DNA from: the human T2T-CHM13v2.0 reference genome, Homo sapiens
Direction: 5' to 3' (one strand)
Assembly: GCF_009914755.1 (NCBI RefSeq)
Contig: NC_060930.1
Length of the DNA: 64,000 nucleotides
Position 1 is the stretch's first letter; each line of letters starts with the position of its first letter. The notes beneath the pieces were generated by a model. It searched no databases. It was not told where the DNA came from and worked only from the letters and a program-made list of their open reading frames with translations. The position numbers and the translations under genes were made by a program. Below are positions 1 through 15,348 of the stretch, one piece after another.

Positions 1-348
1 TGCATATATATTTAGGATAGTTAGCTCTTCTTGTTGAATTGATCCCTTTACCATTATGTAATGGCCTTCTTTGTCTCTTTTGATCTTTGTTGGTTTAAAG
101 TCTGTTTTATCAGAGACTAGGATTGCAACCCCTGCCTTTTTTTGTTTTCCATTTGCTTGGTAGATCTTCCTCCATCCCTTTATTTTGAGCCTATGTGTGT
201 CTCTGCACGTGAGATGGGTTTCCTGAATACAGCACACTGATAGGTCTTGACTCTTTATCCAATTTGCCATTCTGTGTCTTTTAATTGGAGCATTTAGTCC
301 ATTTACATTTAAAGTTAACATTGATATGTGTGAATTTGATACTGTCAT
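1..348 (-). CDS. LINE-1 ORF2p N-terminus (APE endonuclease), partial, open to the window edge
   Basis: Manual translation MTVSNSHISMLTLNVNGLNAPIKRHR...QETHL...ILNIYA; 116 codons without a stop. Confidence 0.88.
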   Translation of the reverse strand, partial: MTVSNSHISMLTLNVNGLNAPIKRHRMANWIKSQDLSVCCIQETHLTCRDTHRLKIKGWRKIYQANGKQKKAGVAILVSDKTDFKPTKIKRDKEGHYIMVKGSIQQEELTILNIYA

Positions 349-411
349 CATGATGTTAGCTGGTTATTTTGCTTGTTAGTTGATGCAGTTTCTTCCTAGT
401 CTCGATGGTCT

Positions 412-1428
412 TTACATTTTGGCATGATTTTGCAGCGGCTGGTGCTGGTTGTTCCTTTCCATGTTTAGTGCTTCCTTCAGGAGCTCTTGTAAGGCAGGCC
501 TGGTGGTGACAAAATCTCTCAGCATTTGCTTGTCTGTAAAGTATTTTATTTCTCCTTCACTTATGAAGCTTAGTTTGGCTGGATATGAAATTCTGGGTTG
601 AAAATTCTTTTCTTTAAGAATGTTGAATATTGGCCCCCACTCTCTTCTGGCTTGTAGAGTTTCTGCCGAGAGATCCGCTGTTAGTCTGATGGGCTTCCCT
701 TTGAGGGTAACCCGACCTTTCTCTCTGGCTGCCCTTAACATTTTTTCCTTCATTTCAACTTTGGTGAATGTGACAATTATGTGTCTTGGAGTTGCTCTTC
801 TCGAGGAGTATCTTTGTGGCGTTCTCTGTATTTCCTGAATCTGAACGTTGGCCTGCCTTGCTAGATTGGGGAAGTTCTCCTGGATAATATCCTGCAGAGT
901 GTTTTTCAACTTGGTTCCATTCTCCCCATCACTTTCAGGTACACCAATCAGATGTAGATTTGGTCTTTTCACGTAGTCCCATATTTCTTGGAGGCTTTGC
1001 TCATTTCTTTTTATTATTTTTTCTCTAAAATTCCCTTCTTGCTTCATTTCATTCATTTCATCTTCCATCACTGATACCCTTTCTTCCAGTTGATCACATT
1101 GGCTCCTGAGGCTTCTGCATTCTTCACGTAGTTCTCGAGCCTTGGTTTTCAGCTCCATCAGCTCCTTTAAGCACTTCTCTGTATTGGTTATTCTAGTCAT
1201 ACATTCTTTTAAATTTTTTTCAAAGTTTTCAACTTCTTTGCTTTTGGTTTGAATGTTCTCCCGTAGCTCAGAGTAATTTGATCGTCTGAAGCCTTCTTCT
1301 CTCAGCTCCTCAAAGTCATTCTCCATCCAGCTTTGTTCCGTTGCTGGTGAGGAACTGCGTTCCTTTGGAGGAGGAGAGGCGCTCTGCTTTTTAGGGTTTC
1401 CAGTTTTTCTGCTCTGTTTTTTCCCCAT
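412..1428 (-). CDS. LINE-1 ORF1p, intact 338 aa (coiled coil, RRM, CTD)
   Basis: MGKKQSRKTGN...QNHAKM; canonical length; REKG, ARR and YPAKLS motifs present. Confidence 0.95.
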   Translation of the reverse strand: MGKKQSRKTGNPKKQSASPPPKERSSSPATEQSWMENDFEELREEGFRRSNYSELRENIQTKSKEVENFEKNLKECMTRITNTEKCLKELMELKTKARELREECRSLRSQCDQLEERVSVMEDEMNEMKQEGNFREKIIKRNEQSLQEIWDYVKRPNLHLIGVPESDGENGTKLKNTLQDIIQENFPNLARQANVQIQEIQRTPQRYSSRRATPRHIIVTFTKVEMKEKMLRAAREKGRVTLKGKPIRLTADLSAETLQARREWGPIFNILKEKNFQPRISYPAKLSFISEGEIKYFTDKQMLRDFVTTRPALQELLKEALNMERNNQHQPLQNHAKM

Positions 1429-1430
1429 CT

Positions 1431-2337
1431 TTGTGGTTTTATCTACTTTTGGTCTTTGATGATGGTGATGTACAGATGGGTTTTTGGTGTGGATGTCCTT
1501 TCTGTTTGTTAGTTTTCCTTCTAACAGAGAGGACCCTCAGCTGCAGGTCTGTTGGAGTACTCTGCCGTGTGAGGTGTCAGTGTGCCCCTGCTGGGGGGTG
1601 CCTCCCAGTTAGGCTGCTCGGGGGTCATGGGTCAGGGACCCACTTGAGGAGGCAGTCTGCCCGTTCTCATATCTCCAGCTGCGTGCTGGGAGAACCACTG
1701 CTCTCTTCAAAGCTGTCAGACAGGGACATTTATGTCTGCAGAGGTTACTGCTGTCTTTTTGTTTGTCTGTGCCCTTCCCCCAGAGGTGGAGTCTACAGAG
1801 GCAGGCAGGCCTCCTGGAGCTGTGGTGGGCTCCACCCAGTTCGAGCTTCCCAGCTGCTTTGTTTACCTAATCAAGCCTGGGCAATGGTGGGTGCCCCTCC
1901 CCCAGCCTCGCTGCCGCCTTGCAGTTTGATCTCAGACTGCTGTGCTAGCAGTCAGGGAGACTCTGTGGGCCTAGGACCCTCCGAGCCAGGTGCGGGACAT
2001 AATCTCGTGGTGCACCTTTTTTTAAGCCCATTAGAAAAGCGCAGTATTCGGGTGGGAGTGACCCAGTTTTCCAGGTGCCGTCCGTCACCCCTTTCTTTGA
2101 CTCAGAAAGGAAACTCCCTGACCCTTTGCAGTTCCCAAGTGAGGCAATGCCTCACCCTGCTTCAGCTCGCGCACGGTGCACTCACCCACTGACCTGCACC
2201 CACTGTCTGGCACTCCCTAGTGAGATGAACCCGGTACCTCAGATGGAAATGCAGAAATCACCCGTCTTCTGTGTCGCTCACGCTGGGAGCTGTAGACCGG
2301 AGCTGTTCCTATTCGGCCATCTTGGCTCCTTCCCCCC
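1431..2337 (-). promoter_or_regulatory. L1 5'UTR internal promoter with intact YY1 site (also carries the antisense promoter)
   Basis: ggccatctt at 2315-2323 is the reverse complement of the YY1 motif AAGATGGCC; CpG-rich relative to flanks. Confidence 0.85.
1884..2192 (+). CDS. LINE-1 antisense ORF0-like frame (102 aa, long C-terminal form)
   Basis: MVGAPPPASLPPCSLISDCCAS... matches the ORF0 N-terminus; ATG in gcaATGG context at 1884. Confidence 0.7.
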   Translation: MVGAPPPASLPPCSLISDCCASSQGDSVGLGPSEPGAGHNLVVHLFLSPLEKRSIRVGVTQFSRCRPSPLSLTQKGNSLTLCSSQVRQCLTLLQLAHGALTH

Positions 2338-2668
2338 AATTAACTTTCCTTTGAAAGTTAATTATTGATATCCAACTCACCGTTACTTCTATTACTTTTT
2401 TAATGGTATGTTTTTCTTAATTCAATTATATTTCTTTTGGTTGTTTTATTTCACTAAACACTTGTTTGCTTAGTTTACATTTTTAAATGCTCATTGACAC
2501 TTCTTTCCTTATGTCTTTTCTGAGATATTTAATATTTTCAAGGTTTTTCTTCATCAACCACTCTCTTCATGTTTGGACACATTTTTGTTTTTATTAGCTT
2601 ATTTCAGATTCTCTTTAAGAATACTGAGAGTATCTTGGGCATGATCTCATCAGTTACATGCAGGATAG

Positions 2669-3012
<344 letters not shown>

Positions 3013-4254
3013 GATTAAATGCTTTCTTTATTTTTAGTTTGGGTTGCTATGCCCCAGGACTATGAGCTTCCTAGGATGTACAAGGCATTCTCTTTTCATG
3101 GAAAAGGTGAGGCAATGGTTAGGGTTTATTGACAGGGTGTTGTGTCTTGGGATTGACAGAAGTTGGCTGGATTAGAACTTAAAATTGCACCCATTGGAGG
3201 CTGCAACAGAGTCAGACTTCTGCAAACAGTTGTCAACAAAGAGCTCAATATGAAGTACCAAGATGTCTCCAGAAATGGAGAAATGGGCAGAGAGTATTAG
3301 TAGGGATTCTGGGGGCAGTCACACAGGAGATTCAGGTATTGAATATAGGCTGAGGTTTGGGCAAGGAAGGTGATTACAACAGGAGCAGGATGGAGAGTCC
3401 AGGAGTACCAGAGTCAGAGTTGGCTCTCAGAGTGGAGAGTGGCAGGCTGCTGAATGTTGCTTTTCTTAACCAAACTACAGGCACTCTTCTGTTGCATTCC
3501 CTTAGTGACCACCAAAGTGATGCCTTGCAAATGATTTTCCGTGAATGCAAGAAAAGATGATTAAAATGGGATTCTAACCTTACTCCCTTTCTTCTGAGAA
3601 CTCTCTTTTGCAGTTTTCCTTCTTGGGGTAGTATTTATCTTTGGTATTAATCTGGAGAAGCAATTATCTTAGTTAAAATTGTACTCTATGTGAGAAAGAA
3701 AGTTATCTCATTGGCAAGCCTGTGACCATGGTTTTGATGAGAAGTGATTTAAAGTAACTTTACCCTTGCAACTGAAAAACAGATGAGACATCTCTAAGAC
3801 AGTGTCTAAATTTCTGGCCATCAGCTCCAGCCTTTCCCTTCATATTTACATAGTAATATCTTTCTGTCCCCACTGAAAGACCAAGAATTCTTCAGTTTCT
3901 GAGCAGGAAGTATATCAGCAGTTTGATTGCTAATAGTAAATAACAAGTAGAAGTTTTTACTTAATTATTGCTTCCTAAAGAGCAGGCACTGCATCCCCAT
4001 AAGAGCAGAATTTCCTTGGATTGTGATAAACCTGCAAGATTGTCTCTCAATGGCAATCAAGAGACCTTGAGGTCTCACCCTCCTATGAGCTTTATGTACC
4101 ATGCTCTGGATATAATGTCTATATATTGTTTCCTAATGATCTGTTACCTGGTTCTGGTGAAATCCTCTTTCTCCCTGGCTGATATTGCCAAGGTCAGACA
4201 CACCTCATTCCCAAGGCAGCTCACATTATGACAGGCGCTGAAGATGGCTAGAGC

Positions 4255-4303
4255 CATCACCACCACCACCATTATTACCACCACCACTGCCACCACCACA
4301 ACC
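4255..4303. repeat. (CAC)n imperfect trinucleotide repeat
   Basis: catcaccaccaccaccattattaccaccaccactgccaccaccacaacc. Confidence 0.85.
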
Positions 4304-4909
4304 AAATAACTGAAAAGGATTAGGTTTGAGAAGAAAACAACAAGAGAAAGCTTGCTGTCTTCGAATGGGAACTTGAAGTTTGCCACTGGCTTCTAGAGTA
4401 GGTTTATAGCTGCCTAATCTTTTATTTGTTTTTAAAGTAATTTTATTTCCATTTAAAATGTTTTAATAAAATTTAAAATGTATGTCAACTCTGTCTTCAA
4501 ATTATTTTGGTTTGCAGACAACTATCCTTGCAGCTCAAATCTTTAAGATGCTCTCAACAATAAATAACATTAATGCTATTTAGCAATGCAAGTGAGTTTT
4601 TGCTATTAGTGGAAACAGTTTCAATGTGTTAATAAACTGCACATTAATTAGTAAGCTGCTGTAACTATGTCACAGTTAATGAAAAATAATACTGATATAT
4701 ATTAACAGAACTCTAACTTGCACATCAACTAAGTTTTCTCAAGAAAGTACCATAGCTATGTGAAATATATAGATGACACTAGAAAAAATAAAAAAGTTAA
4801 AATATTTTGCTGGACATTTAAAGATGCTCAAATGTGAATTCTAAACAGGGATGTTATCTCACTGAACTTTGAGTATTTAAACTTTAGCATTTCAGATACT
4901 CACATGGGA

Positions 4910-5410
4910 TGTACTGCTTCTTCTACTCCTATAGTTGTCTGGGTAAAATCTGTCCATCTTTTAAAGCACAGCTGAAATAGCAACTCCTTCTTCAGGTAAC
5001 CTTCCTTGTTCTTCCTCCTTCCTTTGAACATCCCAGCCTTTTTTTCTTCTACTTTCCATTCCATATTTGATGCTGCTTGCCTTCCATGCATTGTAGAATA
5101 TTTTATTTGTTTGACTAGATAAGCTTCTTGAGGGTCATGATGACATTTCCTTCACCCTTGCATATTTTACAATGATATATCAGAGAAGTTAATTTAATAA
5201 ATGAATGCCCCTTATTCCATTCTCCTGTTTTATGTTCTTAAGAGATATTAACACTAGCTGAAATTACTGCGTTTTGCTGTACCTTTTTCTTACTCATTTG
5301 TAATCTCTCACCCTCAACTCAAATGAAGCCCCACAAAGACAGAGGCCTTACCTGTCTTGTTAACTTTAGTATCCCCAGCATTTAGCATAATAGCTAACTC
5401 ATATGGATCT
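4910..5410 (+). mobile_element. Degenerate L2 3'-end fragments
   Basis: tagataagcttcttgagggtc...aataaatgaatg and ttgttaactttagtatccccagca resemble the L2 3' terminus. Confidence 0.5.
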
Positions 5411-5846
5411 AATTTTGTGTTTGTAATTTTTATTTCTTTTTCTTTTCTTTTCCTTTTTTTTTCTTTTTTTTTGTAGAGACAGAGAGTCTCTCTCTGTTGC
5501 CCAGGCTGGAGTGCAGTGATGTGATCTTGGCTCACCGCAACCAACCTCTGCCTCCCGGGTTCAAGCAATTCTCCTGCCTCAGCCTCCCAAGTAGCTGGGA
5601 CTACAGGCGCATGCCACCACTCCCAGCTAATTTCTTTTGTATTTTAGTAGAGATGGGGTTTCACTGTGTTGCTCAGGCTGGTCTCAAATTCCTGAGCTCA
5701 GACAATCTGCCCACCTCGGCCTCCCAAAGTGCTAGGATTACAGGCATGAGCCATTGCGCCCGGCCTATTTCTTTTTCTTAAAGAGGACTCCTCTACTCTC
5801 AATTATATAAACTTCAATATCTCACAAAAATCTAGATCCATCCCTG
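5408..5846. mobile_element. hAT-type DNA transposon remnant (MER96-like), split by an Alu
   Basis: ctaattttgtgtttgtaattttt...tctttttcttaaagaggac...cacaaaaatctagatccatccctg resembles a MER96-family end; family name from memory. Confidence 0.45.
5445..5765 (-). mobile_element. AluS-type SINE
   Basis: Full dimer; TSD tatttctttttctt at 5431-5444 and 5766-5779. Confidence 0.93.
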
Positions 5847-6884
5847 CCTCTTCTGTAAACTTTAACTTGACCACAATTCTGGACAGTTAATCATTAACCT
5901 AGGTATGTTTTTGAAATCTGAACTGTCAGTTTTGCTTTTCTTGAGTTCTCTGACTTTCCTGCTGTGTGATGATACCTAACCAAGGCTTTTCTCCAGTCTC
6001 AAGAATTCTAAAAAACACTGTAGATTTGTATTCAGCATAAAGTTTTAAATACAGACTATAACTGTATAATTTTCCCTGACCTTCAATTATAGGAATATTC
6101 TGAAGATCTCATTACTTGAGGTATATTCAAACTTTAGATTTAGAGAGAATTTTAGTTAGACTGAAAGCACATTTTATTTTTCCTCCATAACAAACTAGGT
6201 CCCCATGTATAATGTAAAGTATTTCTCATCTTAAATAAATATATGAATATTCCTGGATCATTTTTATGAATATAAAATTCTATAACTGTATGAACCAAGT
6301 GTCTGGTTTTGTAGGAATATTGGGGGCATCGGACACTGATGTTTTAGCTTTTAATCCCTGCCCTCCCTGGATCTATGCATTGCATTTTTCATTACTTTTT
6401 TCAAAACTATTTTCCAAATGCATTGGAAGCACAAAAATATCTTAAAATAATTTCTGTTTTTACCATTTTCTCTAAATGTCCCCCTGAATTTTACAATTTA
6501 TTGTTTTTCAAATGTTAAAGAATTCAGTAGGGAAAAGCACCTTTTCTTTCCCCTTACTTGTGTTTTTCAGCTTCTAAAAATAATACTCACTATAGCCACA
6601 GCTGTGAGCATAAATAAAAACGCAATAATAAATCAGTTGGAGTTCAAATAAAACATTCCAGGCCAGTTCTTGCATTCCCCATGCCAGCCTTGGCAGAGTT
6701 TTTATGTTGCTGGGTCAGCTCCTGGGAAAGCTCCAGAAAAATAAGGAAAGCTACTGCTGGAGCTGATAGCTCCTCTCTGTCCTCGTAGATGCTGGGCCAG
6801 TCCTAGGGACAGAGTAGGTCCTTAGCAAATGTTAGCTGAATTTTTTGCCAGCACTAGGAATCTAGAATGGTTGTAGTGAAGATA

Positions 6885-6955
6885 AATGATACTGACAGTC
6901 ACCATTTATTGAGCACTACTATGTGCTCAAGCATGTGTGCAGTGTTCAGCATGCA
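6885..6955 (-). mobile_element. MIR/L2-type 3' fragment
   Basis: accatttattgagcactactatgtgc. Confidence 0.5.
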
Positions 6956-7194
6956 CTGTCTGGATAGGTACTGGACACTTTCATTGAAATATTTTGATGT
7001 AGCTATTTTGATAAAGCTATTAAAAGGCCATGTACATTTTAACAAGCAAACTAATATTTTTAGCTTTTAAAATTGGCAGCTCTTCAATATCCTCACACTC
7101 TATGTAAGGCACAGCCTATTACCAACTTCCATCCCTGAGGCAGGGCTTGGGCAGGGGTAAGGGATAGATATTCTGTCACTCCAAAGCACACTGA

Positions 7195-7591
<397 letters not shown>

Positions 7592-7881
7592 AATTGTGTA
7601 TATCTTATAGTCTTAGATTTCTCCCTGAGCATTCTATGGTAATGTTCAGTGATTTTAAATTAACAAATATGTGGGTCTATTTAATAATAAAACTTTCTGA
7701 TTTCCAGTTGAAAAACTAGATCAGTGACTCTCAGTGTTCCTAGAGGGACATATTTGAATACAAGTTTTAAAAAAGGATATTTAGTATGTAATATAATTTT
7801 ATCTCTAGAGAAGGATAAATATAATCACTAAAAATATCAACTACACAAAAATGAACAAAATGGAAAGGAAAAGTCCATCAT

Positions 7882-10739
<2,858 letters not shown>

Positions 10740-10803
10740 GTTGTTCATGAAAGGTAATTCTGCTTATCTAACCATATGGTATAATTTTGATTGATGTTTC
10801 ACC

Positions 10804-11106
10804 TTTTTTTGTTTTTGAGACAGGGTCTTGTTCTGTCACATAGGCTGAAGTGCAGTAGCATGATCATAGCTCACTGTCACCATGAACTCCTGGGCTCAAG
10901 TGACCCTCCTGCCACAGCCTCCCAAGTAGCTAGGACTACAGGTTTGTGCCACCATGCCTGACTAATTATTGTCAATGTTTAAATTTTTTTTTTTTTTTTT
11001 TTTTGTAGAGACAGGATCCCAGGCTGGTCTCAAATTCCTGGCCTTAAGCAATCTTCCTGAGTGCAGTAGCTCATGCCTGTAACCCCAGTGCCTTGACCTC
11101 CAAGTG
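10804..11106 (-). mobile_element. AluJ with rearranged 5' end
   Basis: gagacagggtcttg...tcatagctcactg...gggctcaagtg (J diagnostics); inverted 29 bp at 11060-11088. Confidence 0.88.
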
Positions 11107-11331
11107 AGGCCATAGTAAGCCACTGCTCTCAGCACACTCCTCATTGTCTCTGTTTGACAGGTTTCAGTGACAAAAATGGTAATAGGGAAGTTATGCAATG
11201 AAAACAAAAAACTACAATTATTACTTACTTGGAGTTTGGACTGCTGTTTCTTTGGAACAAGATTTAATCCCAGGAATAAACAAAAGACATCTTTATTGAT
11301 AACCTATCATATAGTAAAAAAAATTATACAT

Positions 11332-11688
<357 letters not shown>

Positions 11689-12804
11689 TCAATAGGCCTT
11701 CTTATGATTCTTTCAGAATTCTAGACACAGTAATAAAAATAATTGAAAATAGAAAGGACAGAGATACAGCAGTAGACACTGTCAGGGCTGACAGTGGAAT
11801 CAGAGGAAGTATAAAAACTACTCAGCTGAAGGCAGATGACTCACCATTCCCTAGTAGCTTCTGAGGTACTTCTATATCATGTGCTGCACATGCACTATTT
11901 TTTGTGCATCTCTCCTGACAATAACTGAGGATCATAGTAAGAGTGTTCAAATCATGAAGAAAAGATGAAGAGCAGTGTTTTCTGTTTAATAAGGTGGGTA
12001 TCAATGAAGGTATTAAAAGATTTCTAATAAGAATGACTCAAATAGCATCTTGCCTAAAGGAGTAAGCTTCGGTTAGCTGGACACTGCTTTGGTGCAGTAC
12101 CACTTTCCCGCAGGGTTTTGGATCAAAGAGGCATTGCTGTTATATATATTAACTCAGGTAACAGTGTTACCTTGAGAAAAATTACAACTAACTTTTTCTC
12201 AAAAATGTATTAATTATGATATCTAAGTTTTTGTTTTTCTATAATTTAGAAATGGTCACTAGTCAGCATCTTAGGCTCTGTCTGAGAAATCCTTCAGATC
12301 TGATAAACTCTGGATCACTGGTTCTGAGAACTCTTTCCTAGCAATATTTAGATTTGCCAAGAAAAAGTTTTCAGATGTTCTTCCTTTTAAATATGGAGAT
12401 ATTGAGCTCAAACTAATACTGAAATTATGTCATTTCCTTTGCTTTTTCTTGGGGGCTTTCATTAATCCTTGATACCACCGAGAGACTAAATAAACTCTAA
12501 GCCTTTCAACTTATATTTGGATAAATTATATAATTACTTTTAGAAGTCTAGTAATTCACATTCATGATCAAAAGGCTTGGGAAAATTAGATAGGTTGAAA
12601 ATGAATAGAAGATTGAAAATTTAATGATGAGTTATAAAGATATTCAATAGGAAACGTGCTTCAGAAGCAGACACATTTTTTTTCAGAGAATATAAAACAC
12701 TCTGAAGCTTATCCTCAAATTGACTAAAAAATAAAGACAATCAAATTCAAAGGACAGGATGTTTCTATTGTGCAAGTTCAGGGTTCTCATGTGAAAAGAA
12801 AAAG

Positions 12805-12873
12805 AAAGGATTTAAAATTTCCCAACTTCTTCTTTCTAAAGGATTTAAAATTTCCTAACAATTTATTTCTAAA
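12805..12873. repeat. 33-bp imperfect tandem duplication
   Basis: aaaggatttaaaatttcc...tttct occurs twice, at 12805 and 12838. Confidence 0.8.
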
Positions 12874-13489
12874 ATCTCTAAGCCTTAAAAGGAACAGAAT
12901 CTGAGATCCACTCTGATTTATGATTTTATAATTCTACAAAAGCCTTTCACTGGAAATTTAGAGTGATATGACTTCAGTTTATAATGATATGGAAATATGT
13001 CTTAGTTGAAGAGGGATGACAAATGTTTCAATACATGTACAGTTGCCTATGCTTCATTGTGGGTGGTTTATCCATAAATATTATCTCTTCTATTACTTTG
13101 ATTACTCCTTTTCTATTTGCTTTAACAATATTATCTTGCTGTTCCCCAAATGGAAATATTCCACAAGGTTTGGCTCTAAAATATCTACTCTTTTCTTTCC
13201 ACGTTGTACAGTGAAAAGTCTCATTCAAGACAGCTTGCTGCAACTCTGCCCTCTATATGGACAACAACCATCCCCCCACTCCACACACAGGAACGTGCTT
13301 GCCTGCATATGCATGCATGCACACACACACCCCTCTCTGAATTCTTGGTCGAGCATCCTCTTTTTAGTTTTCAACCTCCTGTGAGAACATAGCCTGCTAC
13401 AAATGGAGGAGAAAGGTTAGGGATCATCTACTTGAAACTTCTTCCACAAATCAAATTCTATAGGTTCTGCTTGAATTCTTCCAGTAACA

Positions 13490-13665
13490 GAGAATTTTAG
13501 TGTCAAATTGATATATGTGAGAATCCCAGCTCATCACTTAGAAACTGTCACTTAGAATAAATTACATACCTTTTCCCAGCCTTAGTATCCTCATCTGAAA
13601 TGAGAACAGTAACAGTATCTACCATAGGGTTCATGACAAGCAACTGGAATGACTTAATACATAAT
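13490..13665 (+). mobile_element. MIR
   Basis: gaatcccagctc...ccttagtatcctcatctgaaatgagaacagtaacagtatctacc matches the MIR core. Confidence 0.75.
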
Positions 13666-13739
13666 AACTATGCAAATTATGCCTTTTTTGCAGTTTTTAT
13701 TATGTGCAACTGCTGTGTCCATTTTAATTTTTTGTACAC

Positions 13740-13865
13740 TACTCTTATCTCTCTCCTAGATCCTAAATTTATTAAAGGCAGCTACTGTGTATTATTCATC
13801 TTTTCATTCCACAAACTCACAAACCAGGTTTTCCTAAGAACAGATCCATAGATAAACACTGAACT
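13740..13865 (+). mobile_element. L2 3' fragment
   Basis: ctcctagatcctaaatttattaaaggcagctactgtgtattattcatc. Confidence 0.45.
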
Positions 13866-14636
13866 GTGATAAAATTTGTTCTAGGCTTCAGCCAAATGAG
13901 AAAAGTAAAACCATTGTCTTCCATAAACCTGAAGATGCAGAATTTAAAGGATTGTAACTGATTCTGAGATAATTTTTAACATTTTTTTGTTGTCAAAGTA
14001 TCTTTATTTTAAACATGAAATGATTTTGAGATTAGATGGTTGTTGCTTTCAAATGTTTTAATTTAGAAAAATGAAAAGGTAGAAATCTCTTGCCATTATC
14101 AATCATTTAAAGATTGCTAAATTTATCAAATTCAAAATGGCCTAGGATAGTGCCTCATGTGTAGTTGGCTCTCACAGTTGTCAGTTGATGTCTAGTCTCC
14201 TTGATGCTTAGCGGTCATTTTTCTTCTCTTATCTCTACTAGAGATCTGAGAGAGAAATATGGAAAATGAAGTAAAAATAGACTTGAAAATATTTAATAGC
14301 TCCAATTAAATACCTGATTGGAAAATTGAAGAGTGAGAAAACCCAGTGGTTAAAAAACATATTTTGGAATTACTTAATTATTTCAGTTTCATACTAATCA
14401 TTGCTTGTTATTTGCCACATTACTTGATTTGCAGCTAATTACAAACTTAAGCAGTGGATAAAAATATTAGTTACCACTTTTCTGTGTGAAGGCAAAAATA
14501 TGTTTAAGGTAAATGCCAATATATTATAAAATGATTTTAACAATTTGATTAAATTCTAAAAATACTTTCATAATTAGTATGTAAGTTTTAAAATATATTA
14601 AAAATAGATTACAAAAATTATATAGAAAAATAGATT

Positions 14637-14913
14637 AGCCAGGTGTGGTGGCTCATACCTGTAATTCTAGCACTTTGGGAGGCTGAGGCGGGAGGATCAC
14701 TTGAGCCCAGGAGTTTGAGACCAGCCTGGACAACATAAGGAGAACTTATCTCTATAAAAAATAAAATTAGCTAGGTGTGGCGATGCATGCCTATGGTCCT
14801 AGCTACTTTGGGAGGCTGAGGTGGGAGGATGCTTGAACCAGGAGGTTAGAATGCAGTAAGCTGAGATTGTGCCACTATACTCCAGCCTGGGCAACACAGT
14901 GAGACCCTGTCTC
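14637..14913 (+). mobile_element. AluJ
   Basis: ggaggatcacttgagcccagg (J diagnostic); tail displaced by an L1 insertion; TSD aaaaatagat on both sides (14626-14635, 15356-15365). Confidence 0.9.
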
Positions 14914-15348
14914 ACAATGATAGACTGGATTAAGAAAATGTAGCACATATACACCATGGAATACTATGCAGCCATAAAAAATGATGAGTTCATGTCCTTT
15001 GTAGGGACCTGGATGAAATTGGAAATCATCATTCTCAGTAAACCATCACAAGAACAAAAAACCAAACACTGCATATTCTCACTCATAGGTGGGAATTGAA
15101 CAATGAGAACACATGGACACAGGAAGGGGAATATCACACTCTGGGGACTGTTGTGGGATGGGGGGAGGGGGGAGGGATAGCATTGGGAGATAAACCTAAT
15201 GCTAGATGACGAGTTAGTGGGTGCAGCGCACCACCATGTCACATGTATACACATGTTACTAACCTGCACATTGTGCACATGTACCCTAAAACTTAAAGTA
15301 TAATAAATAAATAAATAAATGGATTTAGCCAAGGTAAAAAAAAAAAAG
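14914..15348 (+). mobile_element. L1PA2-type 3' fragment (~400 bp) inserted into the Alu A-tail, with a short 3' extension
   Basis: gctagatgacgagttagtgggtgcagcgcacc (GAG, not the L1HS ACA); (TAAA)n tail, then ggatttagccaaggt and a second poly(A). Confidence 0.92.

Larger units (their letters stand above)
1..2337 (-). mobile_element. Young LINE-1 (L1PA2/late L1PA3 type), 5' part: 5'UTR, ORF1 and start of ORF2; continues off the left edge
   Basis: 5' end GGGGGGAAGGAGCCAAGATGGCCGAATAGG at 2337; 5'UTR of ~907 bp; ORF1 412-1428; 63-bp inter-ORF spacer (349-411); ORF2 ATG at 348. Confidence 0.97.

Noticed and set aside
13016-13384. 122-aa ORF in unique DNA
   Set aside because: Low-complexity composition, runs through a (CA)n tract, no recognisable homology or splice structure.
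13885-13957. Possible + strand terminal exon (LQPNEKSKTIVFHKPEDAEFKGL*)
   Set aside because: Weak polypyrimidine tract and no recognisable protein; within chance expectation.
14914-15320. L1HS-Ta polymorphic insertion
   Set aside because: The diagnostic trinucleotide is GAG, not ACA/ACG.
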